From positions 1,352 to 65,351 of the forward strand of contig DEZK01000016.1 of NCBI GenBank assembly GCA_002365175.1: a stretch of 64,000 nt of DNA, given 5' to 3'. Within the stretch, counting starts at the first letter, position 1. Every line of letters begins with the position of its first letter. Positions 52,076 to 61,808 of this stretch are shown piece after piece. Both the position numbers and the translations under genes were made by a program. Below the pieces are notes generated by a model. It searched no databases, was not told the DNA's origin, and saw only the letters and a list, made by a program, of their open reading frames with translations. The DNA comes from Candidatus Raskinella chloraquaticus. GTDB lineage: Bacteria; Pseudomonadota; Alphaproteobacteria; Rhizobiales; UBA4765.

Positions 52076-52334
52076 AGACGAACATCAGCAAGTTCGGGAT
52101 GGCGGCAGCATGAATCGCAAGGCGATCGTGCTGGCAACACAGTGCGCTTTGGACTAAAGCCAGATTACGCTTGTCCTTTGACGCTTTTCCAGCCAAGCGC
52201 CACTGATCGGCAAGCGCTGCAATTAGCCCGCCTTCCAGCGTCGATGATCGCCACCCTCTTCGCAAGCAAAGCCCGGCGGGGAGACTGACGGAAACGAATG
52301 ATAAAGGAGACGTCGCGTCCATGGCCGGTTTCGC

Positions 52335-53156
52335 ATGAGCTTTCTCGACAACCTCTTTGGCCTGACTGGCAAGACAGCGCTCGTCACCGGCGGCGCGAGC
52401 GGTATCGGACGCATGTGTGCTGAGGCGCTAGTCAGGGCGGGCGCGCGCGTCATGATCGCATCACGCAAGGGTGCGGCGTGCGAAGCGGTCGCAAGCAGCC
52501 TCAACGCCTTGGGGGCTCCGGGCAAGGCGGAAGGCTTTGCCGGTGATGTAGCGACTGACGCCGGCGTCAAGGCGCTGGCAGCAGAGGTGGGCAGCCGGGC
52601 GACGCAGCTTGATATTCTCGTCAACAATGCCGGACGCAGCTGGGGCGAGCCAATGGAAACATTCCCCTTCGCGGCCTGGGAAAGCGTCATGGCGCTCAAC
52701 GTCGCCGGCCTCTTCACCCTCACCCGCGATCTGCTGCCGCTCCTGAGGGCTGCTGCCACGCCAGACACGCCAGCGCGTGTGATCAATCTGGGCTCGGTGA
52801 TGGGGACGCTGCCGCTCGGTGATGGCGCCTATTCCTACGCGGCATCCAAAGCAGCCGTCCACCACCTCACGCGCATCCTTGCCAAGGAGCTGGCCGCTGC
52901 GCACATCACGGTCAACGCCTTTGCTCCAGGCCCCTTTGCAAGCAAGATGACGGCATTCGCCACGGCGGACGAAAAACGCCGCGAGAAGGTGGCGCAGGTG
53001 GTGCCGCTCGGGCGCATCGGGACGCCCGAGGATATCGCCGGCGCCCTTCTCTATTTGTGCGGGCGCGGCGGGGCCTATATCACCGGGGCGGTGCTGCCGA
53101 TCGATGGCGGTCTGGCGGTTGGCATCGGCGAAAATCTTTTTCCAGAAGCTGAGTAA
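52335..53156 (+). CDS. Short-chain dehydrogenase/reductase (RhlG-like)
   Basis: TGGASGIG, NNAG, YAASK. Confidence 0.92.
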   Translation: MSFLDNLFGLTGKTALVTGGASGIGRMCAEALVRAGARVMIASRKGAACEAVASSLNALGAPGKAEGFAGDVATDAGVKALAAEVGSRATQLDILVNNAGRSWGEPMETFPFAAWESVMALNVAGLFTLTRDLLPLLRAAATPDTPARVINLGSVMGTLPLGDGAYSYAASKAAVHHLTRILAKELAAAHITVNAFAPGPFASKMTAFATADEKRREKVAQVVPLGRIGTPEDIAGALLYLCGRGGAYITGAVLPIDGGLAVGIGENLFPEAE

Positions 53157-53174
53157 CAGTGGAGCACGCCGACG

Positions 53175-54089
53175 ATGAGTATTCGATTTGACCAGCGCGT
53201 CGCTATCGTCACCGGCGCTGGCAACGGGCTTGGCCGAGCGCACGCGCTGGGTCTGGCGGCGCGGGGCGCCAAGGTTGTCGTCAACGATCTTGGCGGCGCG
53301 CTTGATGGCAGCGGCAGCTCGGCACGCGCGGCGGAACGCGTCGCGGACGAGATCAACGCCGCCGGTGGCGAGGCCTTTGCTGATGCCAGTAATGTGGCGG
53401 ATGCGGCAGCGGTCGAGGCGATGGTCTCCACAACATTGTCGCGCTATGGCCGCGTCGATATTCTCGTCAACAATGCCGGCATCCTGCGCGACAAGAGTTT
53501 CGCCAAGATGGAGTTGAGCGATTTCCGCACCGTCATGGATGTCCATGTCATGGGCGCGGTTCATTGCACGAAAGCGGTCTGGGAGACCATGCGCACGCAA
53601 AATTACGGGCGCATCCTCTTCACCACATCATCATCCGGCCTTTACGGCAATTTCGGCCAGGCCAATTACGCAGCTGCCAAGGCGGCACTCATCGGCCTGA
53701 TGAATACGCTTCATCTTGAAGGAGCAAAATACAATATCCGCCTCAACGCACTGGCGCCGGTGGCGGCGACCCGCATGACGCAGGAGCTGATGCCGAAGGA
53801 GGCGCTTGGCCTGCTGAAGCCGGAAGCCGTGACGCCGGGTGTCCTCTTTCTGATGAGCGAGAACGCGCCCTCGCGGGTCATTCTTGCCGCAGGAGCGGGA
53901 GGCTTCGCCGTGACCCATATCATCGAGAGCGAGGGATTGCAGCTTCCCGGAGACCCCGTAACTCCGGAGGCGATCGCTGCGGCCTTCGCCGATATCAGCG
54001 ACGCCGAAAACGGCAAGGCCCTGCAGGGTGCCTTCGAGCAGACAGCCAAGTTCGTCACCCGCGCCCTTGCGGCCGCGCCCAAATCATGA
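53175..54089 (+). CDS. SDR, 3-hydroxyacyl-CoA dehydrogenase-like (MFE-2 type)
   Basis: TGAGNGLGR, VVVNDLG, NNAGILRDKSF, GNFGQANYAAAK. Confidence 0.92.
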   Translation: MSIRFDQRVAIVTGAGNGLGRAHALGLAARGAKVVVNDLGGALDGSGSSARAAERVADEINAAGGEAFADASNVADAAAVEAMVSTTLSRYGRVDILVNNAGILRDKSFAKMELSDFRTVMDVHVMGAVHCTKAVWETMRTQNYGRILFTTSSSGLYGNFGQANYAAAKAALIGLMNTLHLEGAKYNIRLNALAPVAATRMTQELMPKEALGLLKPEAVTPGVLFLMSENAPSRVILAAGAGGFAVTHIIESEGLQLPGDPVTPEAIAAAFADISDAENGKALQGAFEQTAKFVTRALAAAPKS

Positions 54090-55471
54090 GCGGCGCGAAG
54101 GAAAGGATCGCGCTGACCTCGATTGCCGCATCGGCCGCGCTGACGATAGGCAAATTCGTGGCGGCCCTTCTGTCGGGGTCGCTGGCGCTGTTGTCGGAAG
54201 CGCTGCACGGGCTCATCGATACCGCCGCAACCATCATGACCTGGCTCGCCGTGCGTTTTGGCGACAAGCCCGCCGATGATGACCATCAATTCGGCCATGG
54301 CAAGATCGAGAGCATCGCGGCTCTGGTCGAGGTCGGCCTGCTGATCGCACTTGCCGCCGGTGTTGCCTATGAAGGGATAAGGCGGTTGTTCGGGGCCGCC
54401 AGCGATGTCGAAGCCTCGCCGCTTGCCATCGGCGTTCTCGTCGTCTCCATTATCGTGGACTTCTTCCGTGCCCGCGCGCTGAACAAGGTCGCGAAGGAAA
54501 CCGACAGCCATGCGCTGGAAGCGGACGCCTTGCACTTCTCGACTGATATGTGGTCGTCAGCTTTCGTCATTGTCGGGCTCGTTGCTGTGGGCGCCGGCTT
54601 TCCCCAAGGCGATGCGCTGGCAGCGCTGGTTGTCAGCATGACGATCGCGATTGCCGCCTGGATGCTCGGCAAGCGGACGATAGATGCGCTGATGGATGCC
54701 GCGCCAACGGGGGCAGCCGACAGCGTGCGACAGGCAGCACAAAGTGTGCGCGGTGTCATCGAGGTCGAACAGGTGCGCACCCGCAAGGTGGGCGCGACGC
54801 TGTTCGCCGATGTCACGGTGGCGGTGCCGCGCATGCTGCCGCTTGACAAGGTGGCGCAGGTCAAAAGCCAGATCGTCGCGGCGGTTCGCGCAGAGATCCC
54901 CGGCGCCGAGATGACGGTGACAACCCACCCGCGGGCGCTTGATGACGAAAGCCTGCTGGAGCGGGTGCTGCTGATTGCGGCAACGCGCCGGGTGCCGGTC
55001 CATCACGTGACGGTCCAGCAGATCGAGGAGCATCTGGCGGTCGCCTGCGACATCGAGGTCGATGGCCGCATGAGCCTTGAGGCGGCGCATGTCATCGCCA
55101 GCCGCTTCGAGGCGGCGCTGCGCGATGAGTTTGGTGCGCAGACCGAGGTTGAAACCCATATCGAGCCGCTTGATCCGCACGGGATCAGGGGGCGCGATGT
55201 GATGGAGGAAGAACGCGCCTCTCTCGCCACTGCGATCACTGCGGCAGCGCGCGCGCACCCGATGCTGGGTGACATCCACGACGTCAGAGTACGCGAAACA
55301 GCCAAGGGGCGGGTGGTTCATTTTCATTGCCTTGCGGACCCCAAGCACACGGTGGCCGAGGTCCATCAGGTCATCGATGCGTTCGAGCATGATATCAGGC
55401 GCATCGACCCGGGCATCGTCAGGGTTGTGAGCCATGCTGAGCCCCGGCGCGGGGACGCGGCGCGCCCTTGA
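54086..55471 (+). CDS. Cation diffusion facilitator with extended (repeated) C-terminal domains
   Basis: SLALLSEALH..ID, PADDDH.FGHGK.E, S.AL.ADALH..TD; C-terminal TTHP, THIEP, SHAEP. Confidence 0.9.
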   Translation: MSGAKERIALTSIAASAALTIGKFVAALLSGSLALLSEALHGLIDTAATIMTWLAVRFGDKPADDDHQFGHGKIESIAALVEVGLLIALAAGVAYEGIRRLFGAASDVEASPLAIGVLVVSIIVDFFRARALNKVAKETDSHALEADALHFSTDMWSSAFVIVGLVAVGAGFPQGDALAALVVSMTIAIAAWMLGKRTIDALMDAAPTGAADSVRQAAQSVRGVIEVEQVRTRKVGATLFADVTVAVPRMLPLDKVAQVKSQIVAAVRAEIPGAEMTVTTHPRALDDESLLERVLLIAATRRVPVHHVTVQQIEEHLAVACDIEVDGRMSLEAAHVIASRFEAALRDEFGAQTEVETHIEPLDPHGIRGRDVMEEERASLATAITAAARAHPMLGDIHDVRVRETAKGRVVHFHCLADPKHTVAEVHQVIDAFEHDIRRIDPGIVRVVSHAEPRRGDAARP

Positions 55472-55502
55472 TGCTGCCATCACACCGGCCTAATTCTTGG
55501 CT

Positions 55503-58139
55503 ATGAGCACACCCGAATCATCTCCGACCATTCGACTGAGCGACTATCGCCCGCCCGATCATCTCATTGCCCGTGTTGATCTGGATATCCGCCTTGAACG
55601 CAAGGCGAGTGAAGTCTTCGCCCGCCTTGGCGTGAAGCCTCATCCGCAAGGGGTGGCTGGCGCACCGTTGGTCCTTCACCGCGACCATGTCATGCCCGCG
55701 CGCATTCTGCTCGATGGGCGAGCGTTGCGCGCCGATGAGATCGTGGTTGAGGCAAGACAGCTGATCCTGCACAAGGTGCCGGACAGGCCCTTCACGCTCG
55801 ATCTCCTGAACGTCGTCGACGCCGAGGCCAATACGACGTTGAACGGGCTTTATCTGTCAAATGACGTGTTCTGCACGCAGTGCGAGGCCGAAGGCTTTCG
55901 CCGTATCACGCCCTTCATCGATCGGCCTGATGTGCTGGCGCGCTATCGCACCCGGATCGAGGCAAGAAAATCCGAGACGCGCTATCTTCTGGCAAACGGC
56001 AACCCGATTGCCAGTGGGGATCTGGCCGAGGGACGCCACTTCGCGCTGTGGGATGATCCGTGGCCGAAGCCGTCCTATCTCTTTGCGCTGGTGGCGGGCA
56101 ATCTGGCGCGGGTGAGCGACACCTTCCTCACGCGATCAGGGCGCGAGGTCCGGCTTGATATCTTTGTCGAGGACGGGAAGGAGGAGCGCTGCGCTTTCGC
56201 GATGGAAAGCCTGAAGCGGGCGATGGCGTGGGACGAGCAGGCGTTCGGGCGCGAATATGATCTCGATGTCTTCATGCTGGTCGCCGTCAGCGATTTCAAC
56301 ATGGGAGCGATGGAGAACAAGGGTCTCAACATCTTCAACGACAAATATGTGCTTGCCGATCCCAGGCGCGCGACCGACAGCGATTTCATCGATATTGAAG
56401 CGATCATCGGCCATGAATATTTCCACAACTGGACAGGCAACCGCATCACCTGCCGCGACTGGTTCCAGCTGTGCGTGAAGGAGGGCTTGACGGTCTTTCG
56501 CGACCAGGAATTCACCGCCGCCATGCGCTCTCCTGCGGTCAAGCGGATCATGGATGTGCGGCGGCTGCGATCAGCGCAATTCGTCGAGGATCAGGGTCCG
56601 CTTGCTCACCCAGTGCGCCCCAATTCCTATAAGGAAATCAATAATTTCTATACGGCCACCGTTTATGAAAAGGGCGCCGAGATCATCCGTATGCTGCGCA
56701 CCCTGATTGGCGAGGAGCATTTCTCCACCGGGATGACCCTCTATTTCGAGCGCCATGACGGGCAGGCGGTGACGGTCGAAGATTTCATCACCTGCTTTGC
56801 CGAGACAAGCGGGCGCGATCTGGCGCCTTTCATGCGCTGGTATGCGCAGGCTGGCACGCCGGTTGTATCCGTCGATATCGCTTACGATGCGGTGGCACAA
56901 ACGGCGACCCTGGCCTTCAAACAGACCTTGTCGCCGGCAGCAGGGGACAACGCCTTGCCGCAGACCATTCCCGTCCATATCGGACTGCTCGACCCTCAGG
57001 GGCGGGACATGGAGTTGCACACCGCTGATGGCGCAATGGCCGGTAACGTCATCATTCTTGATGAGGCGACATGCAAGGTGACTTTCCATCGCATAGAGCA
57101 ACGGCCCGTTCCCTCTCTTCTTAGAGGGTTTTCGGCACCCGTTCGCCTTGACGTCTCGCTGTCTGATGATGATCTCGTTTTTCTGCTCACCCACGACAGC
57201 GACAGCTTCAATCGCTGGCAGGCAGGTCAGACGTTGGCAACGCGGCAGATGGCGGCAGCGGCGAGCGGCCGGCAGATCAAGGCCGCAGGTGTCAAGGCCT
57301 ACCTGCATGCTCTGGCACAAGCGATCGAGGCCAGCGGCACTGACGACGCGTTCCTGGCCCTTCTGCTCACGCTGCCAAGCGAGAGCGATATCGCCCGCGA
57401 GATCGGCACCAACATTGATCCTGAAGCCATCCATATCGCCAGACGCGATCTGCGTCGGCGCATCGGCTTATCTCTGCGAGAGCAGCTGATCACGCGCTGC
57501 ACGGCCCTGCCCGCCGATGATGTTCAGTCAATGGGCGGAACGGCAACTGCGCGGCGAGCCTTGCGCAATGCCTTGCTCGATTTGCTATGCACGCAGGCTG
57601 ATGAACATGTACTCGATATGGCGGAGCGTCAGTTCCGCGATGGCCAGACGATGACCGAGGTTTATGGCGCCCTCATTGCCTTGTCACAGCACGATTGCAG
57701 GCAGCGCAGCGAGGCGCTCGCGGCGTTCTATGATCGGCACAAGGGCGACGCGCTGGTCATTGATAAGTGGCTCGCCGTTCAGGCGATGGTGGGCGAAACA
57801 CAGACATTGAGACAGGTCGAGGAGCTGACCAGGCATCCGGCTTTCCGCCTGACCAATCCAAACCGGGTGCGGGCTTTGCTGTCGACGTTTGCTTTTTCCA
57901 ATCCCAGCCAGTTCAATCGGCAGGATGGGGCGGGGTATCGTTTCATCGCTGATCAGGTGATGGCGCTTGATCGCATCAACCCGCAGATAGCGGCGAGGCT
58001 GGCAACGGCTTTTCGTGCCTGGGCCATACTTGAACCCGGACGCCGGCACCTGGCGCGGGCGGAACTCGAGCGTATCGCCAGCGGTGGTGAGCTGTCGCCG
58101 GACCTGGCAGAAATGGTCCAAAGGACGCTTCAAATCTAG
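55503..58139 (+). CDS. pepN: Aminopeptidase N
   Basis: TQCEAEGFRRIT, GAMENKGLN, HEYFH zinc motif, NNFYT.TVYEKGAE, NPNRVR. Confidence 0.97.
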   Translation: MSTPESSPTIRLSDYRPPDHLIARVDLDIRLERKASEVFARLGVKPHPQGVAGAPLVLHRDHVMPARILLDGRALRADEIVVEARQLILHKVPDRPFTLDLLNVVDAEANTTLNGLYLSNDVFCTQCEAEGFRRITPFIDRPDVLARYRTRIEARKSETRYLLANGNPIASGDLAEGRHFALWDDPWPKPSYLFALVAGNLARVSDTFLTRSGREVRLDIFVEDGKEERCAFAMESLKRAMAWDEQAFGREYDLDVFMLVAVSDFNMGAMENKGLNIFNDKYVLADPRRATDSDFIDIEAIIGHEYFHNWTGNRITCRDWFQLCVKEGLTVFRDQEFTAAMRSPAVKRIMDVRRLRSAQFVEDQGPLAHPVRPNSYKEINNFYTATVYEKGAEIIRMLRTLIGEEHFSTGMTLYFERHDGQAVTVEDFITCFAETSGRDLAPFMRWYAQAGTPVVSVDIAYDAVAQTATLAFKQTLSPAAGDNALPQTIPVHIGLLDPQGRDMELHTADGAMAGNVIILDEATCKVTFHRIEQRPVPSLLRGFSAPVRLDVSLSDDDLVFLLTHDSDSFNRWQAGQTLATRQMAAAASGRQIKAAGVKAYLHALAQAIEASGTDDAFLALLLTLPSESDIAREIGTNIDPEAIHIARRDLRRRIGLSLREQLITRCTALPADDVQSMGGTATARRALRNALLDLLCTQADEHVLDMAERQFRDGQTMTEVYGALIALSQHDCRQRSEALAAFYDRHKGDALVIDKWLAVQAMVGETQTLRQVEELTRHPAFRLTNPNRVRALLSTFAFSNPSQFNRQDGAGYRFIADQVMALDRINPQIAARLATAFRAWAILEPGRRHLARAELERIASGGELSPDLAEMVQRTLQI

Positions 58140-58314
58140 GGTCGATGACCCGTCGACAAATTTTCCACAGTCACCGTCAATAAATTATGGACAAGACGAT
58201 TCGCGTCGATTCTACTCGTGCTGATTCGGCCTGGTGTACGGCGTTTTTTTCATCCAGGACGGCGGATTTCCATCTGTAGCATTCCAAGTAACTGCTTTTC
58301 TGGAGAGGCTCTGC

Positions 58315-60753
58315 ATGCCGCGGGAGCTAACTTCGCGCCGTGGCGCGGAGGCGCGCGTTCTGTTGTCTGTGAGGCGTTGGCTTGCGGCGAATGCAGCACG
58401 GCTGACCGGCTCAAACTGGCTTCTTCGAAGCAGCGTGCCTGCCCTTGTGATCCTGTTTATCGCGTCCTTCGGCGTTTCAACTTTTGTCGCGCTGTTCCAG
58501 GAGCGCGATGACGCCCTCAATGATGCGCGGCTCGACATGCGTCTGATGGCTCAGACGCTGGCAAATGGATTGCGTGACGCAACCGACAAGGAAGAAGCCG
58601 GCCGGGCTTTCGACCAGGCGATCAATGCGCTCGGCACGAGCGCCGATGAGCGGCGGATTGGCCAGGGACGCGCCCACCTTCTGATCGATCCGGATGGACG
58701 GATCGCCTACTCCACCGCGCCGCAGGACTATCCCCCGGGTACTCTTTTGTTATCGCAAGCTCCCGGTCTGGATTCGCTCCTGCGGTCGGGGGATGTCGGC
58801 GGTGTCACTGAGTTTTCCCGGCCTAATGGCCAATTAATGCTGACGGCCATCCAGCGATTGCCCAAGCGCACTGGAACCATTGTCGAGATACAGGCGATGG
58901 CCCATGCGCTGGCGCAATGGCGTCAGCGAGCGGTCACCCAGGTCTCATTGTTTATTGTCACCAGCTTCGTTGTCCTCATGCTGGGGTTTGCATTCCACTG
59001 GCAGGCATTGCGCGCGCGCGAAGCCAATATTGTCAGCGACAGGACGCGGGCCCGCCTCGATCTGGCGCTGGATCGCGGACGTTGCGGGCTGTGGGATTGC
59101 GACCTGCGCAATGGCCGGATCTACTGGTCGACATCGATGTATGACATTCTCGGGCGAACACCGAGCGAGGCAGCGCTGTCTTATGGCGACCTGGCCGAAT
59201 GGCTGCATGAAGATGATCACTCGATCATCAACGATATGGCCACCAGCGCGGCGACACGCCGCCCCATTGACCGCGAAATACGCCTCGCGCACGCTGAAGG
59301 TGGATGGGTGTGGGTTCGAGCCCGTGCCGAGGTGGCGGCCGCGCAAAGCGATGACGATCTCCATCTCATCGGCGTCGCGCTTGATGTCACCGAGCAGCGC
59401 ACACTCGCAGACCAGCGCAATCAGGCTGACATGCGGCTGCGGGCAGCACTCGACAGCATCGGCGAGGCGTTCGTTCTGTGGGATGCCGATAATCGCCTGA
59501 TCCTGTGCAATTCCAAATTTCAACAACAGCACGATCTGACCGATGCCCAGGTTGCGCAGGGCAGTCTCTATGACGACGTCATCGCGGCGGGGCGACGCCC
59601 GGTCTTTGTTCGAACCACCCGACAGGATCGACGCGTGAGGGCGGAAGCGGGCGTTACCGCCGATCTGCCGGGCGCCGCGCCGGAGAGCGGCGAGACGAGC
59701 GCAGATCGGCCTGTACCGACGCTTTCGCGTCACGCCCTCGGTGACGAGAACGCGCTCAACGCCAGTAATTTCGAGGCTTTGCTTGAGGATGGCCGCTGGC
59801 TCAACGTCAGCGAGCGGCGGACGCGTGATGGCGGATTTGTTTCGGTCGCGACCGACATCACCGCCCTCAAGCGCAACGAGGAAACACTGACACAGAGCGA
59901 CCGACGTCTGCGAAAAATGGTCGTTGATCTGACAGTTTCACGGCAGGCGCTGGAAATGCAATCGCGCAGCCTGAGCGAAGTGGCGGAAAAATACGCCAAC
60001 GAAAAGCGCCGCGCTGATGATGCCAAGCGCAAGGCCGAGGCTGCGAACCTGGCAAAATCCGATTTTCTTGCCAATATCAGTCATGAGTTGCGCACCCCGC
60101 TTAACGCCATCATCGGCTTCTCGGAAATCATGCGCCACGCCATGTTCGGACCGCTGGGCTCGCAGCGTTATATCGACTACACGCGCGACATTCATAACTC
60201 CGGCCAGTACCTGATGGATGTCATCAACGATATCCTCGACATGGCAAAGCTCGAATCGGGGCGTCGCACGATCAATTGGGAAGAGGTCGACATCGACGAA
60301 CTGCTCGCCGATGTCGCCCGCGTCATCGGGGTCAAGGCACAAGAGGATTCAATTGCACTCCACGTGCCGGCGCCGACGCATTATCGCATTATCGCCGACC
60401 AGCGCGCGCTGAAACAGATCCTGCTCAACCTGTTGTCCAACGCCGTTAAATTTACGCCGCCACGCGGTAATGTCGAAATACTCGCAAAAACAAGCAATGG
60501 GCGTCTGCTTATTTCTATTCGCGATGATGGCATCGGCATTCCCAAAGACAAAATCGACAAGCTGGGGCAACCCTTCGTCCAGGTGGAAAATCAATACACC
60601 AAATTCCACAAGGGATCCGGACTTGGCCTGGCAATCTCGCGATCTCTGGCGACCATGCAAGGCGGAGACCTGACCATTTCGTCCATGCCCGGCGAAGGGA
60701 CCACCGTCACGGTCAGCCTGCCGCTGCAAAAGACAGACAAAACCGACTGTTAG
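58315..60753 (+). CDS. pleC: PleC-like PAS sensor histidine kinase
   Basis: Two TMs, RGRCGLWD PAS, ERRTRDGG, SHELRTPLNAIIGFSE H-box, N/G boxes, PF.QVE.Q; adjacent to pepN. Confidence 0.8.
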   Translation: MPRELTSRRGAEARVLLSVRRWLAANAARLTGSNWLLRSSVPALVILFIASFGVSTFVALFQERDDALNDARLDMRLMAQTLANGLRDATDKEEAGRAFDQAINALGTSADERRIGQGRAHLLIDPDGRIAYSTAPQDYPPGTLLLSQAPGLDSLLRSGDVGGVTEFSRPNGQLMLTAIQRLPKRTGTIVEIQAMAHALAQWRQRAVTQVSLFIVTSFVVLMLGFAFHWQALRAREANIVSDRTRARLDLALDRGRCGLWDCDLRNGRIYWSTSMYDILGRTPSEAALSYGDLAEWLHEDDHSIINDMATSAATRRPIDREIRLAHAEGGWVWVRARAEVAAAQSDDDLHLIGVALDVTEQRTLADQRNQADMRLRAALDSIGEAFVLWDADNRLILCNSKFQQQHDLTDAQVAQGSLYDDVIAAGRRPVFVRTTRQDRRVRAEAGVTADLPGAAPESGETSADRPVPTLSRHALGDENALNASNFEALLEDGRWLNVSERRTRDGGFVSVATDITALKRNEETLTQSDRRLRKMVVDLTVSRQALEMQSRSLSEVAEKYANEKRRADDAKRKAEAANLAKSDFLANISHELRTPLNAIIGFSEIMRHAMFGPLGSQRYIDYTRDIHNSGQYLMDVINDILDMAKLESGRRTINWEEVDIDELLADVARVIGVKAQEDSIALHVPAPTHYRIIADQRALKQILLNLLSNAVKFTPPRGNVEILAKTSNGRLLISIRDDGIGIPKDKIDKLGQPFVQVENQYTKFHKGSGLGLAISRSLATMQGGDLTISSMPGEGTTVTVSLPLQKTDKTDC
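59630..59731. repeat. Nested palindrome within pleC coding sequence
   Basis: GACGCG..GCCGATCTGC..CGCCGC-N8-GCGGCG..GCAGATCGGC..CGCGTC. Confidence 0.55.
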
Positions 60754-61022
60754 GGTCAGGCCCCGTTAATTTGGGCGAAACGGTGGGAGGGACATGGCGC
60801 GAGGTTGAGGAGCAAGCCTGCAGGAAGTCGTCTGACGTTCAAAGGCTTGCGACATAAAGATAAAGATCGCGTCATTTCACCCCATCCGAAGGACAAGGCA
60901 CGAATGGTAAACTGGTTCGTCGACGCCCTCAACCATACCAAAGGGTATGCTTTTCGGGCTTCTCCTGCCATTTTATCCATTCGTGCCATGCCGTTTTGCC
61001 TAAATTGATGGGGTCCTGACTC
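60753..61022. mobile_element. 270-bp MITE with IS5-like terminal inverted repeats, flanked by TA
   Basis: TA-GGGTCAGGCCCCGTTAATTT ... AAATTGATGGGGTCCTGACTC-TA; internal IR GGCACGAATGG/CCATTCGTGCC; no transposase. Confidence 0.8.
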
Positions 61023-61117
61023 TAGTTCCGATCAATCACAGGTGGAAAGACCTATTTCTTGAACAGGCAGCGGTTTCGCCCCGGCGGAGCCCATGCTAGC
61101 CAGAGGCAGGAGACATC

Positions 61118-61780
61118 ATGCCCCGCCCCCTGAAGATTGCCCCTTCGCTGCTTGCCGCCGACTTCGCCGCTCTTGGTGCAGAAACCCGCGCTATCGATGA
61201 AGCGGGTGCCGACTGGCTTCATCTCGACATCATGGACGGGCATTTCGTGCCCAATATCAGTTTCGGTCCGGCCATCGTCAAGGCTCTGCGCCCGCATTCG
61301 ACGAAGCCCTTCGATGTCCACCTGATGATCGCGCCGGTCGATCCCTATATACCGGCCTTTGCGGCGGCAGGCGCTGATCTCATCTCGCTGCACGTTGAAG
61401 CAGGACCCCACCTCCATCGTTCGCTTGGCCTTATTCGCAGCCTTGGCAAGAAAGCGGGCGTCGTCATCAATCCCGGCACGCCGGCATCAGCGGTTGAGGC
61501 AGTGCTTGATCTCGTCGACCTCGTGCTGGTGATGAGCGTCAACCCCGGCTTCGGCGGCCAAAGCTTCATTGACGGCGCGCTCACCAGCCTGCGCCACGTG
61601 GCGGCTCTTGTCGGTGAGCGACCCATCGACATTGAGGTTGATGGCGGCATCGGCCCCGAGAATGCAGGAGCGGCGTGCGCTGCAGGCGCCAATGTTCTGG
61701 TGGCCGGCTCATCGATCTTCAAGGACGGCCCTGCTACCTACCGATCAGCCATCGAGGCGCTGCGCCGCGCTGCCGCCTGA
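61118..61780 (+). CDS. rpe: Ribulose-phosphate 3-epimerase
   Basis: IAPSLLAADF, HLDIMDGHFVPN, DVHLM, MSVNPGFGGQ, VDGG. Confidence 0.98.
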   Translation: MPRPLKIAPSLLAADFAALGAETRAIDEAGADWLHLDIMDGHFVPNISFGPAIVKALRPHSTKPFDVHLMIAPVDPYIPAFAAAGADLISLHVEAGPHLHRSLGLIRSLGKKAGVVINPGTPASAVEAVLDLVDLVLVMSVNPGFGGQSFIDGALTSLRHVAALVGERPIDIEVDGGIGPENAGAACAAGANVLVAGSSIFKDGPATYRSAIEALRRAAA

Positions 61781-61808
61781 AAAAAAAATCGATTTTCCGA
61801 GGTTACCC

